DNA from: Bacteroidales bacterium
GTDB lineage: Bacteria; Bacteroidota; Bacteroidia; Bacteroidales; GWA2-32-17
Assembly (NCBI GenBank): GCA_013314715.1
Contig: JABUFC010000001.1
Coordinates: 100,511 to 164,510 of the forward strand
Direction of reading: 5' to 3'
DNA length: 64,000 nt
The translations under genes were made by a program, and so were the position numbers. This document shows positions 58,297 through 64,000 of the stretch, one piece after another (the stretch's first letter is position 1; the number at the start of each line of letters is the position of its first letter). The notes below the pieces were generated by a model. That model worked only from the letters and a program-made list of their open reading frames with translations, was not told the origin of the DNA and made no database searches.

Positions 58297-59331
58297 TTAC
58301 TTAATAATATAATTTTCCCATTTTTGAATTAAATTTTTGAAGTCTGAGGGTAATTCTTTTTCAAAAAAAAGCATTTTTTTTGTCTTTGGATGAATAAAAC
58401 CTAACGATTGAGCATGTAATGCAATACGCGGCATTATTTCAAAGCAGTTTTCAATGAATTGTTTAAATTTTGGACTATTACCAGATTTTATTATTTTATC
58501 GCCACCGTATTTGCTATCATTAAACAAAGGATGTTTAATATATTCGAAATGTGCACGTATTTGATGAGTTCTACCTGTTTCGAGTTTACATTCAATTAGG
58601 CTTACGTAGGTATAATCTTTTATGACTTTATAATGTGTAATAGCAGGTTTTCCATGGCTTTCATCAGTAAACACTGCCATTTTTTTACGATCTTTTAGCG
58701 ACCTCCCAATATGACCCACAATCGTACCCTGAGCTTGATCGAATGTGCCCCATACCATAGCGATGTATGTTCGTTGTGTAGTTTTATCAAAAAACTGTTT
58801 GGCTAAATATGCATGAGCATAATCATTTTTAGCAACAACTAAAATTCCACTGGTATCTTTGTCTATACGATGAACTAAACCGGGACGAATGCTTTCGTTG
58901 TTGCTGAGTTCTTTGAAATGATATAATAAAGCATTAACTAATGTTCCATAATAATTGCCTTTTGCAGGATGAACGACCATTCCAGCTGGCTTATTGACCA
59001 CTAAAAGGTCGTCGTCTTCATAAAGAATCTCTAAGGGAATATTTTCAGGAATAAGTTCATATTCGTTGGGCGGATAAGGTAATACAATCGAAATTTGATC
59101 ATTGGGTTTTACTTTATAATTCGATTTTACAGGCTTGTTGTTTACTAAAATACAATTAGCTTCAGCAGCTTGTTGTATTCGGTTTCGCGATACTTGATTA
59201 AGACGATTGACTAAAAATTTATCTATTCTTAAAGGCGTTTGACCTTTATCTACTTGAATTCGATGATGTTCGTATAGATCGGTACTTTCTTCGTTTTCGC
59301 TTAAATCCAAATCGAGTTCTTCGTCAATCAT
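58297..59331 (-). CDS. rluD: RluA-family 23S rRNA pseudouridine synthase (RluD-like)
   Basis: 344 aa with an S4-like N-terminal domain and the catalytic motif HRIDKDTSG. Confidence 0.93.
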   Translation of the reverse strand: MIDEELDLDLSENEESTDLYEHHRIQVDKGQTPLRIDKFLVNRLNQVSRNRIQQAAEANCILVNNKPVKSNYKVKPNDQISIVLPYPPNEYELIPENIPLEILYEDDDLLVVNKPAGMVVHPAKGNYYGTLVNALLYHFKELSNNESIRPGLVHRIDKDTSGILVVAKNDYAHAYLAKQFFDKTTQRTYIAMVWGTFDQAQGTIVGHIGRSLKDRKKMAVFTDESHGKPAITHYKVIKDYTYVSLIECKLETGRTHQIRAHFEYIKHPLFNDSKYGGDKIIKSGNSPKFKQFIENCFEIMPRIALHAQSLGFIHPKTKKMLFFEKELPSDFKNLIQKWENYIIK

Positions 59332-61445
59332 GGATGTTGAATTATTATTTTATGTGAGCTTGTTTGTTTATTATGGAATATCTGTAAAATATAAATGCCA
59401 TTTTCGAGTGGACTTGTATCAATGCTTTGCGAAAAGCCTTGTAGTATTATTTTGCCTGTAATATCATATAAAATGTAGGAGCAAATATGCTCATCGCATA
59501 AAAATATCTTGTTATTAGCAGGGTTAGGATATGGAATGAAGGTCAAAGGCATATATTCTTCCTCTACGTTAATTATTTGAGACTTGCTAAAAACAGGTCT
59601 TATCATAGGGGTACCATTAAATGGTAATTTTGTCCATGAACCATTTAAATTATAAAAAACATTAGAAGAATAATCGTAATTTAGGTCGAACCCAAGATTT
59701 AACAAATCGGTAGAAGTTTGAGTCCAACCAATAAATATTGAATCGGTAACATATATGGTTGTGTCTAAACTATAACGATGAAATTCGTTTATACCAGCAT
59801 ACTCGGGTTTAAATCCAGTTTTTTTGTAAATGATATGGTTGGGTTTACCTTTATTTACAGTCCATATAGTTAAATAGAAATATTTTTGACTTGCATTATT
59901 GAGTGTCCGATTGAAAAACATATCTACTGCTCTCAATGTATCGGGAGTTAAGGTTTTGAAAAGCATGGCAAATTGACCATTTTGTGAGCCTTCTCCTGAT
60001 AAACCAACGCCATATTCTGCCGAGCCATCATCAATGGCATAATAATATTCAAAATTTTGAAAAAATCGTAGTGTATCATTCCAAGTGAATATGCTTTGCG
60101 ATGATAATGTGGGAGCTGTTATATTAAGCAAAACTTCAAATGTACATTTATTTAAATTGTTGTCTGGGAAGTAATTTGGTTGGGTCTTTTGTTTAAATTG
60201 AAATGTCTCAAAAGGACCTATATTGTCATTGCCTAAAGAGTCGAAGCGGAGTTGTTGATGATTAGTAATATTATTAATCGTTAAAAAGCGTTTTACATTT
60301 ACTAAAGAACTATATAGATTGTAATAGTTAAATCGTAAAGTATCAATTTGAAGCGTATCTAAAATTTTATAGTGTTCCCACGGAATAGATGTATAAGGTG
60401 GTTCTACTAATGAGCGAATAGGTTCTTTAAAACATATGTCGGGATAAATACTATCGTTTACTCGTTGGCCGGTATTTAAATATACATAGTCTAAATTCCA
60501 ATAATCAACATTGCTTGCAAAACTTGGGTAATTTAAATTTCCAAAACTAGCATAATTGTAAAATCTAAATTGAAAACCTTTAACTAAATATATACTATCT
60601 AATGGAATTACAACTTTATGAAAAATAGTATCTGAAAAGCCAGGCGATGACCAAATGTGTTTCCAGTCAGAAAGTGGAGTTTTAAATTCTAACACTAACG
60701 AGTCGTTGCTTTCAGGTGCATTACCTCCTAAACCTTGAGGTTGAAAATAAAAGCTTAGATAAATAGAGTCTGTTAATGAGTAATATGATGTTGTATATCG
60801 TACTATATGAACATACTGAGAAGTTAGCGTGTCATAATAATATAAAGAGTCGCTAACATCTATGAGCGAAACAGAACCATAATAAACATGCATGGTTGGT
60901 GTAAAAGTTCCAGGTTGAACAACACAGTTTAAAAGATAAGGTCCTGAATAGTAATAAAGTGAGTCTGCCGGTCGATATATACCTGTGGCAGATTCGTAAT
61001 AAAAAAGAATGTTAGTTGGATAAGAAAAAGAGTTATAAGTAATAAAATAAGATAAATTGATAGGTTTAGATGTTAAATAATCGGCAATAAAAGTGTTTGA
61101 TGAAGCATGGGAGTATATTTGCCCTGCCATATTTAATATGTCAAAAGTAGCAACACCAATACTAGGGGGATGAATACCAAAATTTTGATTTACATATACA
61201 TTATTGTCTAACCAAAGCGAATTATCGGGATAAACTCCTGTTTTTGAAAAATCATCAAAAAAAGGAATGGGCAAAGTGTCATCGTTTGATTTTAGACTGA
61301 TGTGTTTTGAATAAGCATCGGCTATTGTTGCATTAAAAAAAGGTCGAGTTAAAACAGGCTGAGCTGTGAGCTCAGATATTAAAAATAATAAGAATAAAAC
61401 TAATAATTGAAAAAAGGAAATATGGTTAAAAGTAAATTTTTTCAT
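59328..61445 (-). CDS. T9SS type-A C-terminal-domain cargo protein of unknown function
   Basis: 705 aa with a signal peptide. The C-terminus PYPNPANNKIFL...YDITGKIILQG...LENGIYILQI...HKIII matches the Por secretion tail. I recognise nothing in the body. Confidence 0.8.
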   Translation of the reverse strand: MKKFTFNHISFFQLLVLFLLFLISELTAQPVLTRPFFNATIADAYSKHISLKSNDDTLPIPFFDDFSKTGVYPDNSLWLDNNVYVNQNFGIHPPSIGVATFDILNMAGQIYSHASSNTFIADYLTSKPINLSYFITYNSFSYPTNILFYYESATGIYRPADSLYYYSGPYLLNCVVQPGTFTPTMHVYYGSVSLIDVSDSLYYYDTLTSQYVHIVRYTTSYYSLTDSIYLSFYFQPQGLGGNAPESNDSLVLEFKTPLSDWKHIWSSPGFSDTIFHKVVIPLDSIYLVKGFQFRFYNYASFGNLNYPSFASNVDYWNLDYVYLNTGQRVNDSIYPDICFKEPIRSLVEPPYTSIPWEHYKILDTLQIDTLRFNYYNLYSSLVNVKRFLTINNITNHQQLRFDSLGNDNIGPFETFQFKQKTQPNYFPDNNLNKCTFEVLLNITAPTLSSQSIFTWNDTLRFFQNFEYYYAIDDGSAEYGVGLSGEGSQNGQFAMLFKTLTPDTLRAVDMFFNRTLNNASQKYFYLTIWTVNKGKPNHIIYKKTGFKPEYAGINEFHRYSLDTTIYVTDSIFIGWTQTSTDLLNLGFDLNYDYSSNVFYNLNGSWTKLPFNGTPMIRPVFSKSQIINVEEEYMPLTFIPYPNPANNKIFLCDEHICSYILYDITGKIILQGFSQSIDTSPLENGIYILQIFHNKQTSSHKIIIQHP

Positions 61446-61450
61446 ATAAA

Positions 61451-62263
61451 TTAAAAATTAATTTCGTTTGTCTCATTTGTTTCTGGCAGTAAGTCTTTAT
61501 CAAGTGTTATCCATAAGTCAATATAACTACCTAAACTTATTGCATTGTTGTTATTGCAACTAGGTGATTGTTTCCAAATAAAAGCTCTGATAGAGTCTTT
61601 AGCATTTTTTATGGTGGCATCTTTAGTAACTGTTCCAATGTTGAGCGATGCAGCCGATAATAAAGTATTGGCTTCTTCTAATGTTTTACCCACTACGCAG
61701 ACGATTTCTGTTTTTTCGTTACTTTCGCCTTTGCCGACTACTAAATCGATAGTAGAACCAACAGGTATCATCGTTTGAGGCTCAATTTCTTTTCCTTTAT
61801 ATAGTTGTTTTAAAACTGTTGTCGATATGTCAGGTACATAGGTCAATTTTCCAATTTTTAATCCAAAAAGTTCAGCATCGGCAGTAGCTTGACGTAGCGA
61901 TATCCCTCTTAAATCGGGCATAGCAATTTTTTCATTGTTAAAACCATTGATTATTAGATAAATGGTGCGTTCGGGTTTTACTTTTGATTTAGGCGCTGGT
62001 ACTTGCGAGATCACTACGCCTTTAGGTTTATTTAAAAAATGAACCGAATCAGAAAGAACGACTTTTAAATCGTGTAATTCTGCAGTGTGCTCTGCTTCTT
62101 CAAAAGTCATATTAGATAAATCGGGAACGTCAATGCTTTCGCCGTGAAATGTATACGAACTTAACCAAAAATAAATAAAAGTTAGAATAATAACTACAAT
62201 ACCGATTTGAATACCGATATGCTTCCAAATAGCCTTTGATTTGATGATGTTTAAAAAACTCAT
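61451..62263 (-). CDS. PASTA-domain protein (membrane anchored, three PASTA repeats, no kinase or PBP domain)
   Basis: 270 aa with an N-terminal TM helix followed by three repeats of the VPDL.G....A...L...L type. Confidence 0.82.
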   Translation of the reverse strand: MSFLNIIKSKAIWKHIGIQIGIVVIILTFIYFWLSSYTFHGESIDVPDLSNMTFEEAEHTAELHDLKVVLSDSVHFLNKPKGVVISQVPAPKSKVKPERTIYLIINGFNNEKIAMPDLRGISLRQATADAELFGLKIGKLTYVPDISTTVLKQLYKGKEIEPQTMIPVGSTIDLVVGKGESNEKTEIVCVVGKTLEEANTLLSAASLNIGTVTKDATIKNAKDSIRAFIWKQSPSCNNNNAISLGSYIDLWITLDKDLLPETNETNEINF

Positions 62264-62285
62264 AATCTTTTGTATAACGCAAGTG

Positions 62286-62293
62286 CAAAGATA
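62286..62293 (-). promoter_or_regulatory. -7 box TAtcTTTG (minus strand) for the PASTA operon
   Basis: Plus-strand caaagata is the reverse complement of TATCTTTG, about 23 nt upstream of the ATG at 62263. Confidence 0.5.
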
Positions 62294-62335
62294 AAATTAT
62301 ATTTCCGTTTATTAAAATTGATTTTTGTGTTTGAA

Positions 62336-63706
62336 TTATATTCGCATAAATTTACGAATGAGTTGGAGCTTTTTATCAGAATAAGGTGAATATTTAAAGT
62401 TAGGTTCAAAAAATGTCGGTTTGCTTAAAATGCTTTTATAGTGCGTAAAAGCATCGAATCCTGCTTTGCCATGGTAACTGCCAATACCACTATTGCCAAC
62501 ACCACCAAACGGTAAACGACTGTTGGTAATGTGCATTATAGAATCGTTAATAGCTCCACCTCCAAACGATAGCTGATGGATAATGTTTTTTGCTGTTTTT
62601 TTGTTTTCGGTATAGACATAACACGAAAGAGGATGTGGACGTTGTTTTATTTCGTTGATAATAGCTTGCAAATCGTTGAAAACAATAACGGGTAAAATAG
62701 GACCAAATATCTCATCTTGCATTGAAATATGGTTGAAATCAACATCGCAAAGAATAGTAGGCTCTATAATTCGTTTTTCAGCTTGATAAATCCCCCCATA
62801 AAATATTTTTTCTTTGTCGATAAGATTTATCAAGCGATTGAAATTTCGTTCGTTAATAATTTGTACATAATTGCCGGCATCGATGGAGTACTTCGCTTGC
62901 TTTATTTCATCTACAAGGTAAGCTAAAAACTTGTCTTTAATTTGTTGATGCACCAGCAAATAATCGGGTGCAATACACGTTTGTCCGGCATTTAAAAATT
63001 TTGCCCAAGCAATGCGTTTGGCGGCAATCTTTAGGTTGGCATCGGGTAAAATAAGGGTGGGGCTTTTTCCGCCTAATTCAAGGGTTACCGGTGTTAATTG
63101 TTGGGCTGCTGCCTGATAAACAATTTTACCAACAGGCACACTCCCAGTAAAGAAAATTTTATCAAATTTATTTTCTAATAAAAGAGTGGTTTCTTCAACT
63201 CCTCCTTCAATAACAGTGAAATAGCTCGGTTCGAATGTGTCTTTTATAATTTGAGCAATAACGCTGCTGGTGTTTGACGATAATTCACTTGGCTTAAGAA
63301 TAATTGTATTGCCAGCAGCTATAGCTGCAATGGCAGGAGCAAGAGAGAGTTGAATGGGATAATTCCATGCACCAATAATTAAGCAAACACCCAAGGGTTC
63401 TGGAACAATAAAGCTTTTTGCCGGAAAATTGATAAGGTTGGTGCGTACTTTTTTTGTTTTTGCCCAGTGGGGAAGTTTTTTTAATGCTTCGCGAATATCT
63501 AAATACAATAGTGCTAACTCATTGGTAAATGTGTCAAATTTCGATTTTTTAAAATCGGCGTATATGGCTTGTTCTAATATGTGTTCATTTTTTCGTAATG
63601 CGTCTCTAAGTAAAAGCAATTGTTTTTTTCTAAAATCGATGCTTTTAGTTTGGTTTGTATAAAAAAACAAACGTTGTTTTTCAATTATTTCAGTATATCG
63701 ATTCAT
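62336..63706 (-). CDS. aldehyde dehydrogenase (class-3-like)
   Basis: 456 aa with ELGGKSP and the catalytic Cys region NAGQTCIAPDY. Confidence 0.92.
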   Translation of the reverse strand: MNRYTEIIEKQRLFFYTNQTKSIDFRKKQLLLLRDALRKNEHILEQAIYADFKKSKFDTFTNELALLYLDIREALKKLPHWAKTKKVRTNLINFPAKSFIVPEPLGVCLIIGAWNYPIQLSLAPAIAAIAAGNTIILKPSELSSNTSSVIAQIIKDTFEPSYFTVIEGGVEETTLLLENKFDKIFFTGSVPVGKIVYQAAAQQLTPVTLELGGKSPTLILPDANLKIAAKRIAWAKFLNAGQTCIAPDYLLVHQQIKDKFLAYLVDEIKQAKYSIDAGNYVQIINERNFNRLINLIDKEKIFYGGIYQAEKRIIEPTILCDVDFNHISMQDEIFGPILPVIVFNDLQAIINEIKQRPHPLSCYVYTENKKTAKNIIHQLSFGGGAINDSIMHITNSRLPFGGVGNSGIGSYHGKAGFDAFTHYKSILSKPTFFEPNFKYSPYSDKKLQLIRKFMRI

Positions 63707-63787
63707 ATTTAAATTAGTTTTGCTTGTTGTAAAAATGCTCTAAAGCTTTTTGTAAAGATAGTGTAAATTTTTTTTAATGTTAAAAAC

Positions 63788-64000
63788 TTAAAAGTTAAGA
63801 TATTTTTGTAAAGCAGCGATAAAAGCTTGAGGATTTTGAGCATGAAGCCAATGCCCGGACTGGGGAATTACTTCTATTTGTGCAGCAGGAAATATTTGCT
63901 CGATGAGTGGAATATCATTAGGTGTAATATAATCAGATTGTTCGCCTTTTAGAAATAAAACAGGGAACCCTGTTATTGTAGCTTGTTGCCAATCATTATC
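63788..64000 (-). CDS. alpha/beta-fold hydrolase, C-terminal fragment (N-terminus beyond the window end)
   Basis: My translation gives ...PVLFLKGEQSDYITPNDIPLIEQIFPAAQIEVIPQSGHWLHAQNPQAFIAALQKYLNF, then a stop at 63790-63788. The GHW(L/V)H..P pattern is the typical catalytic-His region. Confidence 0.6.
   Translation of the reverse strand, partial: DNDWQQATITGFPVLFLKGEQSDYITPNDIPLIEQIFPAAQIEVIPQSGHWLHAQNPQAFIAALQKYLNF

Noticed and set aside
1-64000. Looked for CRISPR arrays, rRNA/tRNA genes, transposases, integrases, toxin-antitoxin pairs, restriction-modification or other defence genes.
   Set aside because: I saw no regularly spaced direct repeats, no tRNA-like cloverleaf in the spacers I read, and no ORF with recombinase, nuclease or methylase motifs. 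tRNAscan and Infernal would be needed to exclude RNA genes formally.

Overview
AT-rich Bacteroidota-type chromosomal window. Supporting traits are T9SS cargo proteins, PorP/SprF and PorT genes, and TAnnTTTG -7 promoter boxes. I call about 44 protein genes, mostly housekeeping. They include lepB-dapB, thrS-infC-rpmI-rplT, a four-gene [FeFe]-hydrogenase cluster (HydA/HydB/HydC plus a small 2Fe-2S subunit), dsbD, murI, purL, ubiE-porT, ppdK, sdaA, bcp-recA and rluD. I found no rRNA, tRNA, CRISPR array, transposase or integrase. The stand-out region is a visibly more GC-rich insert of about 9.3 kb (about 29640-38960) between an FAD-oxidoreductase gene and ppdK. It encodes a small Cys-rich DUF6660-like protein, then a CzcA-type RND pump fused in frame to a TolC-like outer-membrane factor. 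The pump reading frame is broken by one extra base in an A8 tract. A His-rich periplasmic adaptor and a His-rich CPC-type P1B ATPase follow. The insert has no recognisable regulator or recombinase. It is unusually rich in non-coding structure: a 13-bp perfect inverted repeat bracketing a consensus promoter, a long C/A-rich leader whose sequence blocks recur just after the ATPase stop, a 104-nt three-stem element between the DUF6660-like gene and czcA, and a hairpin-dense ORF-free tail of about 650 nt that ends at a bidirectional terminator. Secondary points of interest are the hydrogenase cluster organisation, a beta-propeller/Y_Y_Y sensor fused to a PP2C phosphatase, a 1362-aa SprB-repeat adhesin paired with PorP/SprF, and a 4-Cys Rrf2 regulator translationally coupled to a secreted patatin-like lipase. 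All calls come from reading the sequence and the ORF track; no database search was run.
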